Of a stretch of DNA of 64,000 nt, positions 48,419 to 63,043 are shown one piece after another. The translations under genes were made by a program, and so were the position numbers. The stretch is from Plasmodiophora brassicae (taxonomy: Eukaryota), in assembly GCA_036867785.1 (NCBI GenBank), contig CP145412.1, positions 992,001-1,056,000 of the forward strand, written 5' to 3'. The notes beneath the pieces were generated by a model that worked only from the letters and a program-made list of their open reading frames with translations, searched no databases and was not told the origin of the DNA. Position 1 is the stretch's first letter; each line of letters starts with the position of its first letter.

Positions 48419-50093
48419 ATGGTCGCGGTCCCCTTCGCCTGCACTGACAGAAGGTGCGGTCCGTGGCCAGTCAGAGCTGCATCCGGCAACGGGGTCGCCG
48501 CCCCGTCATCGACGATGAGCGGTCGGCTGCGAGGTTTGCCGATCGCCGTCAAGGACAACTTCTGTGTCCGGGGATGGCCATGTACGGCGGGATCCGGCGT
48601 ACTACAGGGGTTCAAACCGAATTACGACGCATTCGTCGTGGAGCGGCTTCGAGCGGCCGGCTGCGAGTTTACCGGGAAAGCAGAGATGGATGAGTTCGGT
48701 ATGGGGTCGTTCAACCCGGCCGTTACCAACCCGTGGTCTCCGTTAGTGACGGCCGGTGGAAGCTCTGGGGGTTCAGCAGCGGCCGTTGCGTCTGGTGCCG
48801 CGTTTGCTGCCTTGGGATCCGACAGTACGCTCGTATCTTGTTGCTGCTGTATGCAGGGCATGCGCTGATCGAGTATCTGTATGACAGCTGGTGGCTCTGT
48901 GCGGCTGCCCGCATCGTTCTGTGGCGTTGTGGGCATGAAACCGACGTACGGGCGACTATCACGTTGGGGACTGGTTGCCTATGCGAGCTCGCTGGATTGT
49001 CCCGGCATCCTTGCGACGTCTGTTGAAGAGACGGCTCGCGTACTGGAAGTCATCGATGGATTTGACCCTCGCGATCCCAACGCTGTCAAATGCGAACCGT
49101 TCGACGCCGGGCGAGCGCTAGCCGCGAACGGCGACCGCCTTGATGGGATAACCGTCGGCATTCCCGACGAGTTCAACGTTGAAGAGGTACCTATCGAACT
49201 TCACTGTCGTAAATTGTCGTTTGAATGCACGTGCTCTAGCTGACCGCCGATGTCCGCCAAGCATGGCAGACCGCTGTCGATTGGGCCATTGGCGCGGGCG
49301 CTCGAGTTGTGAGAGTGTCTATGCCAGCTGTTCGGTACTCGTTGCCGGCATATTACATTATTGTCCCGGCAGAAGCAGCGTCCAATCTGTCACGTTACGA
49401 TGGCACCCGATTCGGTATCTCAACGCTTTACGTGTCGTCAACGCAGCGCCGTTTCCTGAGCCGCTGTAGGTCGCAGTGAAGTCGTATACGACGACCAGAA
49501 GGAACCTGCGTTCCATTCGCTGTCGGATCTGATAACGAAGAATCGCACCATCGGATTCGGCGACGAAGTCAAACGTCGGATTATGATCGGGACATTCGTG
49601 CTGTCCAGCGTGCACTACAGCGCGTTCTTCAAGCAGGCGCAACGCGTTCGAGCCTGGATCATGCAGGACTTCCAGCGGGCGTTCCAATCAGGTTCGACCT
49701 CTGTCATTCCTGTAGGTCTTGCGCTAACCTGTTCTAGGGGTTGATGTTCTCCTCACTCCAACGGCCATCTCGGACGCTCCGTTGCGGGCCGACCTGGAGC
49801 GCAGTATGAAAGACGACCCTATGTCATCATACTTTCATGTAACTATCGACGTTCGGGGCTTACTGGGTAGATTGTTCACCCATCTCCAGGATGCCATGAC
49901 CGTACCGTCAAGCCTGGCGGGCCTGCCGAGTGTGTCCGTCCCGTGCTCGCTGTCATCATCAGGCTTACCGCTTGGCCTGCAAATCATCGGCAACGCCTTC
50001 CAAGAGGAAACCGTCCTTGGTGTCGCCAGCGTCATCGAACGCCGCGCCCAGTTCCAACGACCTGCTGCTATGATGTCACCCCGTATAAACTAG
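48419..50093 (+). CDS. QRSL1: Glutamyl-tRNA(Gln) amidotransferase subunit A (organellar)
   Basis: [87 protein letters not shown]. Confidence 0.92.
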
Positions 50094-50228
50094 TCGTTGT
50101 TACGACCCTGCAAACGGGCTGGCAGCGAGGCGAACGCGCACACACACACACACACGAGGAGGCGGTGTCGACCTCAAATTTAGCGTGCGGCCGCTTGGGC
50201 GGAGAGACAGACCGGACGCGATCAGCCC

Positions 50229-51501
50229 ATGCACGGGATACGTCGCGTCGACCCGAGCCAGGTTACCGAGGCGCAGCGCGCCGAGAAGCGGAAGAAGATC
50301 GCCAAGTATGTCGCGATGCGGGATGACGTCCTGGCGATGGTATGCGGCGAGGTTGGTTCCCTGGGCGCCGGTTGTGTGGCTGACCAAGTGCTGCACAGCG
50401 GAAGGACCGTCGCCATGACAAGGAAGCGCTTGCACTCACCCGGCAGGTTCTGGAAATCAATCCGGAATTGTATTCTCTGTCGGGGATGCTGATGTTGTCA
50501 CCCGTGACCCTGGCTAATGGGTTGTTGTCTCTAGCTGGAACTATCGGCGGGAAATACTTCTCGGTATGATGGACAAACGCAGGTCTGTACCTTTGCCAGG
50601 ACTGGTGTCGCGTCCCCCGCTGAGTTTCTGCACAGTTGCGACGTTGCTGAGCTTCTAGCGGATGAACTGAACGTTGTTGGCCGCGCGATTCAACGGAATC
50701 CGAAATCCTATGTCTCTTGGCACCATCGTCTGTGGGTCGTGCAGCGCGGTGGCTCCGACATCCTCAAGGAGATCGACCTGACCTCTCAATTCCTGATGGC
50801 CGATGCGAGGAATTGTACGCCGCGATGCCGATCGGCTCTGTTCTGTGCTCCAGGTCTGATCTTTGTTCCAGTTCACTGCTGGGACTACAGGCGTTCGCTT
50901 GTTGACCTATCGAACGTATCGCCCTCGGAGGAGCTCGAATTCACGAGAAAGAAAATCAACGACGATTTCTCAAACTATTCGGCGTGGTACTCTGATTCGT
51001 TATGCGAGTGGGTGGCCCTGCACGTGACCCGACTGCCTGTAGGCACTATAGGTCGACGCTGCTCACAAAGATCGGCATTGACCAGGAAGTTCTCGATCGT
51101 GAATTCGCCCTTGTTGCTGATTGCTTTTTCACGGAACCGGATGACCAGAGTGCATGGCTTTACCACCGATGGCTGTGCGTGCAACATCCTGATATAGCGT
51201 GCCTCGAGAAGCAACTCTCTATCATGGATGAACTTCTGGACCTTGAACCGAATTGCAAGTGGGCACTGCTGACATCCGGTTCGTATGGTGACGTCGACTC
51301 GGGCTGCCAGTGTCTCAATCCCGATTCTGTCTAGTACGACTGCTGTCTGAGCTCTGCCGACTGGATCGAACACGTTCCGTACCGAAGCGCCGAATCGGCG
51401 ACATTTTCAATCGTCTTCCTGTACTGGACCCTCAGCGCAAGACGTACTACCGCGATCTCTGTGATCGGATTTGCGTTCAGCTAGGCCCCTGTATTGAATG
51501 A
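50229..51501 (+). CDS. RABGGTA: Rab geranylgeranyltransferase (type II) alpha subunit
   Basis: MHGIRR start. PPTA repeats NPELYSLWNYRR, NPKSYVSWHHR, NFHCWDYRR, FSNYSAWHYR and EPDDQSAWLYHRW, and LDPQRKTYY. Confidence 0.9.
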
Positions 51502-51638
51502 ACGATCGGGTTGGCCCCCAGTTTCACCACAAGTTCATGTTCGGGCCGAAGGGGGTCGCCTTCGCCTGGCCACACAGGAGAATTCGGCCGTTGGCGCATA
51601 GTTGTATCTGGGTTGTTGGGTCACCCATTTCGTTAAGG

Positions 51639-54400
51639 ATGTCCCAGGATGTCGTTGTTCCTGGACCACCAGCTACGTCTGTGAACGCCGATGCTCACGA
51701 AGGCTCTGTCGTGGTTGGCATGGGCTCGCCGCACGCCATACCTCAAAGGATCCACCGCCGTGACGACGAGGTGCTTCGCTATACGTCGGTGACATCTGAG
51801 TCACCGGTCCGGATCAGTCGTCGGTCATCGAAAGCGCACGTTGCCGTTGTGGTGACAATGTACAACGAAACAGCGAACGAACTGGACGTAACGCTGCTGG
51901 CCATTGCACGCAACGTCGCATTCCTCTGCAAGGAGGACAACGACGACTACTGGAAGCGGGTCATGCTCACAGTCGTTGTCGACGGCCGCCTGACCATGGA
52001 CGAGCAAGCCAGCAAGTCCATGCAGGACATGGGGCTGATCAACTTCGATGCAATGGCGGCCTCAGTGTCCGTCGACCCGGAGGTCGCCCTGCACTGCTTC
52101 GAGACGACCGCCACGTTCTTCGACGTTCAGGACAATGTCCTTCTGAAACCCTTGCAACTGATCGTTGCCGTTAAGGAGCGCAATCAGGGGAAGTTGTCGA
52201 GTATGTCCCAGTGCCGTTCCTGACTGCTGTCGATGGTCTGACTACTCTCCTCCTTACAGGCCACTGGTGGTTCTTTGAGCGTATTCCCCATTGGAGCAGA
52301 CGGCATTGCCGTCCCTCTAACATGTGTCGCTGTAGGGATCTCGCGCACGTTCTACCCAGAGTACTGCATCCTGCTGGACATTGGGACGTTGCCGCGGCAC
52401 TCCACGTTCCACATGTTTCTCTGCCAGTTCCGGAAGGATGAGAATATTGCTGGAATGTAGGAACCCATCTTGTACCATGGTGGCACGTTTCCTAAGGCTT
52501 GTCGCAGATGTGGGCAAATCACGACGCGAACCTTGACGCGGACTCAGTTACTGAATCCCATCGTTGCCGCACAGCAGTTCGAGTACAAGGTTGGCTTCTG
52601 CCAGATGGGATCCCGGTAGTGGTCTGACACTCGTGGTTCTCAGATTGCGTCTGTTATGGATAAGTCATTCGAGTCGTTGCTTGGCTTTCAAAGTGTCTTA
52701 CCTGGCGCCTTCTGCGCTTACCGCGTATCAGCTCTGAGGGGGTCCCCTCTCGAAGCGTACTTTAAGCAGCTGTTTGTTGCCGAAGGTGACCTGGAACCGT
52801 TCCAGTCGAACATGATGCTAGCGGAAGATCGGGTCCTGTGCTACGAGATTGTGGCGAAGGAGCAGTGCTCGTACACGCTTGGGTACATGAACGCGGCCGT
52901 TGCCGAGACCGACGTACCTGTTGAATTCGGAAGCCTGCTCAAGCAACGCAGGCGTTGGCTGAACGGGTCCTTCTTTGCCTTGCTATACGCGCTCATGAAC
53001 TATCCCCGGTTGATCCACCAGACATCGCACGACATGTTCACGAAGACGACATTGACGTTCCAGTTCTTCTTTCTCTCGGTTGGCCTGCTCCTGCAGTGGT
53101 TCGCAATGGGCGTGTTCGTCCTCGTGCTTCGGTTCGTCTTCGTCGATGTTGTTCGCGCTCCAGCTCTGGTGGCGTGGGTATCGATCATTCTGTTTGCGGT
53201 CCTCCTCGCCGTCCAGTTCAGCCTGGCTCTTCGGAGCGACCCGCTCAAGTCGTCTGTCACCTACACGTGCAGCGCTTCCCTGCTAGGCGTCGCCTTTGTC
53301 GCAATGCTTGCGGGCACGTTATGGACAGGGGCGACGCATCCAGTCGTCCTCCTTACAGTACGCATTCGCCAAGTCGGTTTGCTCGTCGGGCGCTAATCGT
53401 TTCGCTCACGCTCAGCTATTCATGACCTGGGGCCTGTACATCGTCCTGGCGCTGATGCACGGCGAACTGTCCACAATGGCATCGTCGTGTCTAGGATACC
53501 TGATCATGATGCCATCGTTCATGATTATAATGCCGATCTACGCGTTCAGCAATGTCCACGACGTTAGCTGGGGCACCAAAGAATGTAAGTTATCCCCTGC
53601 GCGGGAACGATCTGCTGACAGGACTGACGGAGATCGCTCAGTGCATCACTCTTCGTACGACTCGGCCAAGACCGAGAGCGTTGGGGCTCACGTGCGCAAA
53701 CGGTTCCAGCTGTTTCGTATGCGCCTGCTGACCTCCTGGGTATCCACCAATGTTAGTAGCCCGTGTAGACCCCATACCCGCCTGCGCCATTTGGAGCCTG
53801 ACTCACGCCTGGTAGGTATTGCTGGTCATCGTGACGGTCGCCTATTCGGCGTTGGTCCCGTACGTCCTGCTGGTTATAGTATATGCGATGCTCTTCGTCA
53901 ACTGTGCCCGATTCATCGGATCGGTCGCCTACCTGCGAAGCTCCCAGGCACGAATGTCGGTGACAGCAAAGATGGTCCTGGCTCCGATCCGCTACAAGGT
54001 CTGGGCATCGGTCATCAAGCTGCCAGTGTCGTTCTTCATTGCGATTTATGGCGCATCGCTTGTCCTCTGGGGCTTGTCGGACGATAATCGTCGCTTGCGG
54101 GCCCTGGCCGGCAAGGACCTGATCTTTACCCATTGGCAGACGTCGAAATCTGGACCCGTCCTGCAAGAACACCCGCCATTGCGACGCTATTTCGGCATGT
54201 ATCGCCTGGCGGTCACTACCTTAGGTGTCGTTCTTGTCGCTTTCTTTGCTGAGCTGGCAGCCGTTGTCTGGCAAGCTGATGCGGTCGAGCATGTGCAGAT
54301 CGCGGCCATAACCTTTCTGACTATGGCCGCCCTGAATGTGGCGTATGTGATGGATCACACTGTCCGACGCGTGACGAAGGCCATTTCGTCCCGCATATAG
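51639..54400 (+). CDS. Chitin synthase (GT2)
   Basis: TMYNE, VVDGR, KERNQGKLSSH, LLDIGT, QQFEYK, SVLPGAFCAYR, LAEDRVL, AETDVP, QRRRW, HDVSWGTK. Confidence 0.93.
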
Positions 54401-54596
54401 TGGAGTGATCGCCACGTCATCGCAATACATTCGTTTATCCTCTTAGCTGGCATTGCTTGTCTGACACTGTCAGCGGGGAAACAGTCTACAGGTCGTCACC
54501 ATGGCTGAAGCCTTGGTGGCGGTGCTGTATCCTGCCGAACTCCGCGGCGGAGTCCGTGACGGAGTCCGTACCCGCACCAGCAGGTAACGTCAAGAC

Positions 54597-57500
54597 ATGG
54601 ATCTGCCTGCAGCGAAAGAGCATCGCCGTCGGCAGGCAGGGCCGAAGGCTCGACGCCGCGCTTCGATCGAGAAGAAGCGGTCCCAGAATGCGCAGCACTC
54701 CGAAGGGAATGCCGAACGGCGAAATGATAAGGCCTTCGCGTTCAATTCGGTCAAGAAGGCGACCAAAATGCATCAGCGCCGTACTGATCGGGAATTTAAA
54801 TCGCATCACGTTCCGATTAAGCAGAACGTCGACCCAAACGATGACGCGCCGCCAGTTCTAATTGCCGTTGTGGGTCCGCCTCAAGTTGGGAAATCCACGC
54901 TTATCAGGGACCTCGTCCGCCATTACACCAAGCAACGACTGTCGAATGTTTCGGGACCGATTACTGTCATCTCCGGAAAGAAACGACGTCTAACGTTCTT
55001 CGAATGCCCCAATGACGTCCCTTCGATGCTGGACCTTGCGAAGAGTACGTGTGTGAATTGGTTTTGTTATGCCATGCGCTCATGAGTACCGTTCTGCAGC
55101 GGCTGACCTGGTCCTGCTGCTTGTTGACGGAAGCTTCGGCTTCGAGATGGAGACCTTCGAGTTTCTGAACATGGCACAGGTACGCGGAAAGGGCAACCTA
55201 TTGTGAACGGCCACCATAACATACTCTTTTCAGGTGCACGGATTCCCGCGTGTAATGGGTGTGCTTACCCATCTCGACCAGTTCAAAAAGTCGTCCGCGC
55301 TTCAGAAAGTGAAGAAGTCGCTGAAGCACCGGTTCTGGTCTGAGATCTATCAAGGTGAGCCCATTGGAGGGAGCCACATTGCCGTCCTGACATTTGTTTG
55401 CCGATTCAACCAGGTGCCAAACTCTTCTATCTTTCGGGTTTGCAGAGCGGGCACTACCCCAAATCAGAGATCATGAACCTGGCCCGCTTCATCTCAGTGA
55501 TGAAATTCCGCCCACTTGTCTGGCGCTCCACCCACCCATACGTGCTGTGTGACCGTATGGAAGACATCACGAATCCTGGCGAAGTTGCGCAGGATCAGAC
55601 GATCGATCGACGCGTTGCCATCTATGGGTACCTCCGTGGAGCCAACCTGAAACTGGACTCTAAAGTGCATCTCATTGGAGTCGGCGATTTCGCGTAAGAG
55701 TGTTTGCTTTCACCGTCGTCTAACGTCTGACAACGGGACCCTGTACAGGATGGATAATGTGTCGATGCTAGCAGATCCCTGCCCAATGCCGTCGCGTATG
55801 AAGGAGAACGCGCAGCGCAAGCATCTGAGCGATAAGGAGAAGTTGCTGTACGCGCCTATGGCTGATACCGGCGAGCTTCTCTACGATAAGGACGCTGTAT
55901 ACATCGACATCAAGGACCATCAGGTCAACTTCAGCAAGGTCGACCCGACGTCTTCGAATGACAACGTCACCGTCACCGAAGGTCCTGGTGAAGCCATGGT
56001 CCAGTCTCTGCAATCGCTTCCGGTTCCTATCGACCAGAACCTGGCGAATTCGTCAATCTCCATGTTCCGCGGGTCAACCCCAATCAATCCGGATGTCGAC
56101 CAACCTGACCGTCGCAACCGGCGCAAGGTGGTGTTCGATGACGAACAGGGTGACGAGGAACCTCTGCATGACGACGAACCTGGATCTGAGACCGATGGTG
56201 ACGAGGATGAGGAATATCAGGTTGATGACGAATCCAGTGAGGAATTCGAGACGGGCACGTTTGTTCGGCGGCCGGAGACTACAAGCGATGTCGACGATGT
56301 TGATGACGACGACGACGAAGCAGTTGACCTGGACGAAATTTCATTCCTGAATGTGGTACGACCAGGATCGAATGCTGCGCCGTGACTGTTCTAATGTGCA
56401 TTAGGGCCATGATGAATCTCCACCTGTTCAGCTGCGAACTCATGAGCCTGTCGTGCGGCCGACGTCGCGCTCCATCCATGATTTAGTCTATGGCGACGGG
56501 GCCATCGCGAATGAAAGCGACTGTGATGGAGGCGATGACAGCGACGTGGGCGACATGTTCCGCGTTCGTAAGACGCCAGCCATCGATCAGCAGGAAGACG
56601 GCAGTAATGAGGTTTGCTGGTTTGTTTCGTGTGCAACATGTTCCTTTTTATAAGAGCCGTGCTCAGGGTGATTTGGAGGCGGTTAACCGATGGGACGACG
56701 AAGACGAGCGACTTGCGATTCGGAATCGTTTCGTGACTGGTGACTGGGATGCTGACGAGGCAGGTGCTGATGATGCAGACGATGCCAATCCAGATGAAGT
56801 TTGTTAATCGAACATGCTCTAGTTGGCTCTCTCTCTCTGACACCGTTACAGGATGGCGATGACGACCAGGACTTCGATCTTGAGGATCTGGAAGAAGACG
56901 ATGCCGATGGGGATCTTCGTGACGAGGACATCGACGTGGAAGATGACGACGCCGCTGATGATGATGGCGACCAAACGGAAACGGCGGATCAAACTCGAGA
57001 ACGCCGTCTACAGGTCGATTCTCATATTCTTGTTCAGAATGTTGCTCGCATGGCTGAATTCATGTCAGGAGAAAATGGCGTTGAAGGCTGCATTTGATAC
57101 AGAGCACGACATGGATAAGAACGCTGATAAGCAGGATGAACCTCTCGAGGACGGCGACTGGTACTCTACTGTTAAGGCGGGTATGGCGGCCCAGGTGGCG
57201 AAGAACACCACTGAGTTCGCCGATGAGGATGTACACGGCCGCTTGCTTCATGAAGGTTGGCGACGCGCTTGCAACAATGACTCGTGGTCGTTCCTAACAT
57301 GCCGAAAGGTGTCCGCGTCGGTCAGTACGTCCGCATAGAGTTGTCGGGGGTTCCACACGAATTCGCCACGTACTTCAACCCGAGCGTCCCTATCATTCTG
57401 GGCGGACTCCTGCCTGGCGAAGACGCCCTCGGGATGGTCCAGGTGCGATTCAAGAAGCACCGGTGGTACAAGAAGATCCTGAAGAACAGCGACCCGCTGG

Positions 57501-58643
57501 TCATCTCGGCTGGCTGGCGTCGATTCCAGACCATTCCTGTCGGTACTGTAACTCCCCATTGTGTCCCTCCTGGTGATCTAATTTGTTGGGTTGTTGCAGT
57601 TGTTGTCGATTGGGGACGCCAACGACCGGCAGCGCATGCTCAAGTACACACCCGAGCACATGCATTGCCAGGCGACGTTCTATGGTCCTGTCTTGCCAGT
57701 CAACACGGGGATCATTGCGTTCCAGTCGACCGATAACGTTGCTGCGTCGTTTCGCGTTAGCGCTACTGGGGTCGTCCAGGAGATTGACAGCTCGTTCAAG
57801 ATCGTCAAGAAGCTCAAACTCGTTGGAACGCCAACCATTATCAAGAAGCACACTGCCTTCATCAAGGACATGTTCAGCTCGTCCGTCGAAGCCGCTCGGT
57901 TCGAAGGTGCCGCACTTCGCACCGTTTCAGGCATTCGTGGGCAGATCAAGAAGTCGTTATCGGGCAGTAACCAGGAAGGAGGTACCGCGCTCGTCGACCT
58001 GCATTTGTTTCACAATGGTCTTATCTGCAATGTTTCAGTCATTCGCGCCTCGTTTGAGGATATGATCCTGAAAAGCGATATCGTGTTCTGCCGAACATGG
58101 ACGACGGTGCGTCCCGTCCAGTACTACAATCCTCAGACGTCTCTGCTCGGTGCCAACTGGGTAACTATGAGGACAGTACGGCAGATTCGCAGGGATCAGG
58201 TACGTTCTGCTGTTTGCGTAGGTCGAACCGTTCTAACAGGTCTACTCCTGGCACAGGAAATCCCGATTCCAGTCAACAAGGACTCCGAGTACAAACCCAT
58301 CCATCGCGTCGAGCGACTGTTCCGCCCGATGAGGATCCCGGTGTCGCTTCAGAAGGCATTGCCATACGCCAGCAAGCCGAAGTTGCTGAAGAAGCAACGC
58401 AAACCGACGTTGGAACAGCGGCGTCGTGTCGTGATGGAACCCGAACAGAAGACAATGTATACGCTGATGCAGCAGGTGAACACTGTTCGCAACCATAAGC
58501 TGGCGAAACGGGACCAGGCCCGGCAGCGGAAGCTGGTGGAGAAGAAGCGAGCCGGCGAGGCACTCGAGCGAAAGTTCGCCGAGGTCAAACGCCAGAAGCA
58601 ACAAGCCAAGTATGCCAAGGCGACCAAACCATCGCGAAATTGA
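54597..58643 (+). CDS. BMS1: Ribosome biogenesis GTPase BMS1
   Basis: [71 protein letters not shown]. Confidence 0.97.
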
Positions 58644-58704
58644 GTACATCCTCGCATGCTACACGTGTACAATGTCGTTCGTTTGCCACATTAGGTGTAG
58701 CATA

Positions 58705-61700
58705 TTATGAGCTTGCTGCAGGATAGACTATGCCGTTCGGCAGGGACCCAACTCTCATCAGGGGTAACCGGAGCGATCTGGGCCTGCTCTCCGGGAAGTT
58801 CAGGGACATGCTCTTGCTGATCAGACTGGGTTGGTTTTGGGATGACCCGAGATGCCAGGATTCGAGTTCCGCCTCGGCGGTCTCGGCTTTCCACCGGTGG
58901 ATGGCCTGCTTGGCGGCCACGTACCCGCTGTGCACAATCTGCTCGATCTGGTCGTACTGCATCAGGCCGAAATGGTTGATATCCGGCCGGATGTAGATGT
59001 CGATCAGTTCGCTGTCAAGCATGCGCAACTGACGATTGTGGTTGATCGAGTTCAGCCAAACGAGGATGTCTACAACGTGCGTGACCTAGTCAGAGGAGTG
59101 CCCTACAGACGCTAGCCAAGGCACCGCGTTACCGTAGAGTTGAGGGATCTTGCTGTCGCTAAACGGGTTGAGCTTCTGAACCAGGATCCACCAGCCGGAC
59201 ACGCCCGGTCCATAGTCGTGCAGACCGATTAGGGCGCTGTTGTTTCTGTCTTCGACGTCGACAGCGATGACGGCCATCGGGCTATATACAGCATTCATGA
59301 CGTCGACTGGAAGGTTGTTGGTATACCCACCTAGCATAGATGGCGTTACTGTCGTGTACAGTGGTGCTAGCGTTCAGAATGTACCGTCCACAAGAACATC
59401 ACCGTGATAGATAACGGGCGGCAAGAGCCCCATCAGCGACATGGACGCGCGAACGAGCTTCCAAAGAGGACCCCGTCTCATTGGCATGGAGTTGGATCGC
59501 CCTATATTCGTCGCGACCGAGAAGAACGGCAACCACAGGTCCTGCAGACGACGCTTAATGGCTGATGACCATGGGAGAATGGCTAGCCTCAAGTTAACCT
59601 CGATTTGAACTGATTCGCCAAACGCGTCACTGACGGCTCTTGAGAAGGAGTAACCGTTGAAGAAAGACAGAATTGGGAACGTCACCGCCTTGCAGAACTC
59701 GTACCGCGTGAACCTGACGCGAAATCAGTTACTCGATGGCGCCAGGTTGACAGTTATAGGTACCGATAGGCAAACTGTCTAACGCGTGGTTCAATGATGG
59801 ATAGATCCTTGTTGTTCGCGGAGTACAATGCTCCCATGAACGCGCCTTGTGATGTCCCGCCGACGCAATCGACATCGATGCCTTCCTCCTCCAATGCGCG
59901 CATAACACCTAAATGATGATGAAACGACCTAGTGCAGTACTGAACCAAAGTGATGTTATACCCAGATGGGCGAGCCCACGAGCGCCACCCCCGCTCAGCA
60001 CCAGACCAATAGTTCGCCCAGCGATATATCGGGCGACTCGACGAAAATCCTCGCCATGGCAAGATCGAACATGATGCCATGAGAGGACATTACGCTTATT
60101 AAGCCAGTCGGCAGTATGGGTCGGTATCGATATCCAGTCGGGTTGAATGATAACCAACGAGTAATGCAACTGGAATAACGCCGGAGAAAAGGTCTGAGCA
60201 CAACGAACATCAGGGAATCCTGGTTGAAACAAAGCCGGGCATACACGTTGCTACCTGGGCGCCAAACCTGGAGTGGCTATTCCTGCGACGCTCAGCATGC
60301 TCCAGTACGGTCAGTTCGTATCGACTTGCGAACGGTCGGCAGCCTTGCCTTCCAACCAGTATGATACAGTCTGATTGGCGAATGCAGAAGCTAGAGTAGG
60401 CCCGGGTGTCAGCACCATACGAGAACGGTAAGAGTGCTAGCGGTACCTATCCCAAAAGGATATGTGTGGCCCACCGTCCGTTTCCAGAATCACAAACCGA
60501 TGCGATTCTTCCTGCTGAGCCAACCACAGCGATAACTGTTGGGAATATGAGAACGTACTCACCAGGTGACGAGCGAGAAACGACCCTGGACATCTCCGCC
60601 TGGGGACGAATGCGTCGAAGGACGTCGCGGCCGATCAGGTGAGGGAGGCGCTGCGAGTTGAGCAGTAGCGTCGAGTCCTAAAAGCATGGATCAGCCAACG
60701 CAAAAGGGACATACGGGACGACTGACAAGGTCGGATAAGGCAGCAGTGAGGTTCAACGCGAAAGCAGCGACTTCATGGGCGGGTGTATCGCCGGCCGGCA
60801 CCAGCGTAATGGTCTTCCAGTTTCGCTGGGTACGCGGTTGATGCCTATAAGGGGAACCAACAGTCATTCGTCTACAGACCAGGGCTGATCCGCTCGGTCG
60901 GTTACCGTCGGGAAGTCATCTCCAGGTGTGCCAGCCGATTCGACATCATCTGTGTGAATTTCACAATTGTTGACGGGTACTGAAGCATGATGTTTCGCAG
61001 GGTCGCTCTGGAAATTGCCACCAGCTCGGTATCCCGCTCACAAACGGCACGAACATGGTGTATGTCGCTACCCTCCTGAGCGAAGGTTCGCGATTCGCCA
61101 AATGTTTCACCACGCCCGATAGACATGTCCTCTACTGTCCCTGAGTTCGTCATCCGACAGGTTTGTCAATCACAACAGTACTGACCTCCATTCGTGAGAT
61201 CATTAGTGAGATCCTCGTATATCTGCGAGGTGTCCAAGTCGAACGAATTCCTCGTCTCGAAGAAGCGCTTACGTGCGGCACCCAAGTGTCGCTTGGACTG
61301 CTGTGCAGACTTGATGTAGGCGACCCGGACACGCCCGCTAATGACCAGGTACATGCTGGGGTTGCTCTCCGTTTGCGAAGGGCTTTCGCGGATAACCGTC
61401 CCGCCCCTGTACCAAGTCGAATACAGGCCCAATGAGAAGAAGCTTGCCGTTAGGGCGGATAACTGTCGCCCAGCCGCCCACAGCAACGGCTCCACACACT
61501 ACACAGAAAGATCAGGCACGTTTGGACAGCGGTTCCGTTGATTGCAGAGCCAACATGAGGGTGTTCACGTAGCAGGAAGTCGTACAGGTCCTTCGAGATG
61601 TGAAGCACTCGAGACGGTTTTGTAGCGCGAACCGTTTCGCCACGTCTAGACTGAGGGCGCGTTGGTCAGTTAATGTTCGCTCGGTCGCTGAAGTCGATAT

Positions 61701-63043
61701 GTACCTCGGTCATAAACGACATGACGCCAACGACACTGGACGAGGTGATTATGTGCTTCCATTTGCTATCGTACGTGCCTTCACGCGTGGTGGGCGTTCC
61801 GCATAGCTCTCCTGAGAGCAAGACGTAACAGGCGTCAACTGGATCGCCGAGCTCGAACAGAATCTCGTCCTGCTCGAGATCCAGAACTTCATAGTGATGC
61901 AGGGAGTCGTTCTGGAGAGCGAGATCCAGTGTCGACTCTGTAATATCGACGAAGGCGCATTGCTCCCCGCCTTGCTGGATTCGGTGACAGTAAGCTATAC
62001 GGGACGGTCTATCCACACGTCTCAGATTCTGACCGATTCCACAGTGTTCATGGCGGGCAGGTTCAGGAACTGTGTCAGCACCTGCGTGACAAGGCGCCAG
62101 TGCTGCGCCACGATGATTCGGACGAGCGTGTCAAACTGCATGGTGTGCGCCGACGTGAACTGACGAAAGGCGTCTCTCGGCAGCAGGACACATCGCGCTG
62201 GGCCATGCGCCGCTCTTGCCGACAGCTCATGGGTTGAACTCGAATCACTAACGCAGGCATTAGTCGCGGGTAACGGAAAGACAGTGATTCGTTTCGGCAT
62301 CGCACCTGAACAGACTGTAGGGACAGATGTCGTCACCACTCGTCAGCTCGTACAGAGTCGTCTCTGATGGCACCCGAATAGGTACCGGTTAGCCAACTCT
62401 GTTGTGAAGCGGCACAGCGATACGTGACCGACCTTGCTTGCCAGCGTCAGGCGTGATAATCTCGATGACACCACTAACAACGATGAACATGCCCTGGTCG
62501 GCCGAGTCGCCTGTCTTGAACAGATACTGCCCTTCGGCCAGGTCGATCGGTTGCATGGTGGCATGCAATTCGGCGAACGCGTCGCGGTCCAAGGCGGTAA
62601 ACAGTTTGGTATTCCCATATACGTCCTGGTCGCCAGCGACTTCAATGGTCTCGTCACCCACGTGAATCTCCTGCTGCCAATCGGACACATGCGACTGGTT
62701 GCTTGGGCTCTGTGTCGCAGTTAACGACATTGCTTGCCATGTGTTTCAACTCGTAGCGACGCATACCGGCCGGACGTAAGCCAGGTAGTCGACTGAAATG
62801 TCGCGAGTCAGCTGCCTCGCATGACTGCGCTTCATGTGACGCTGCATGGCCTGTTATGCAGGTCTCGTTAATATGTTTGGCGCTAGCATCGTATCCGTAT
62901 GGGGGTACCCATCGCACGATAATGATGAGCATGATGATCGACGAAGCGATAGCCGGCTTGCGGCGCCGCTTGCGGTTCCATGTACGGCCGCTCTCGAATA
63001 GCCGATGGATGTCGCTCCAATACCGAGACATCATGGCGCCCAT
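58705..63043 (-). CDS. Neuropathy target esterase/NTE1-like lysophospholipase (cNMP domains plus patatin domain)
   Basis: cNMP-type segments (GQYLFKTGD...[24 protein letters not shown]), [33 protein letters not shown]. Confidence 0.92.

Noticed and set aside
50139-50154. (CA)n run between GatA and RABGGTA
   Set aside because: Ordinary short microsatellite.
51498-51638. ATGA overlap of the RABGGTA stop with the chitin synthase ORF, suggesting operon-like coupling
   Set aside because: In a eukaryotic context the likelier start is the ATG at 51639, and the upstream extension has no CHS similarity.
56130-56980. GAT/GAC-rich repeats
   Set aside because: They encode the normal acidic linker of BMS1.
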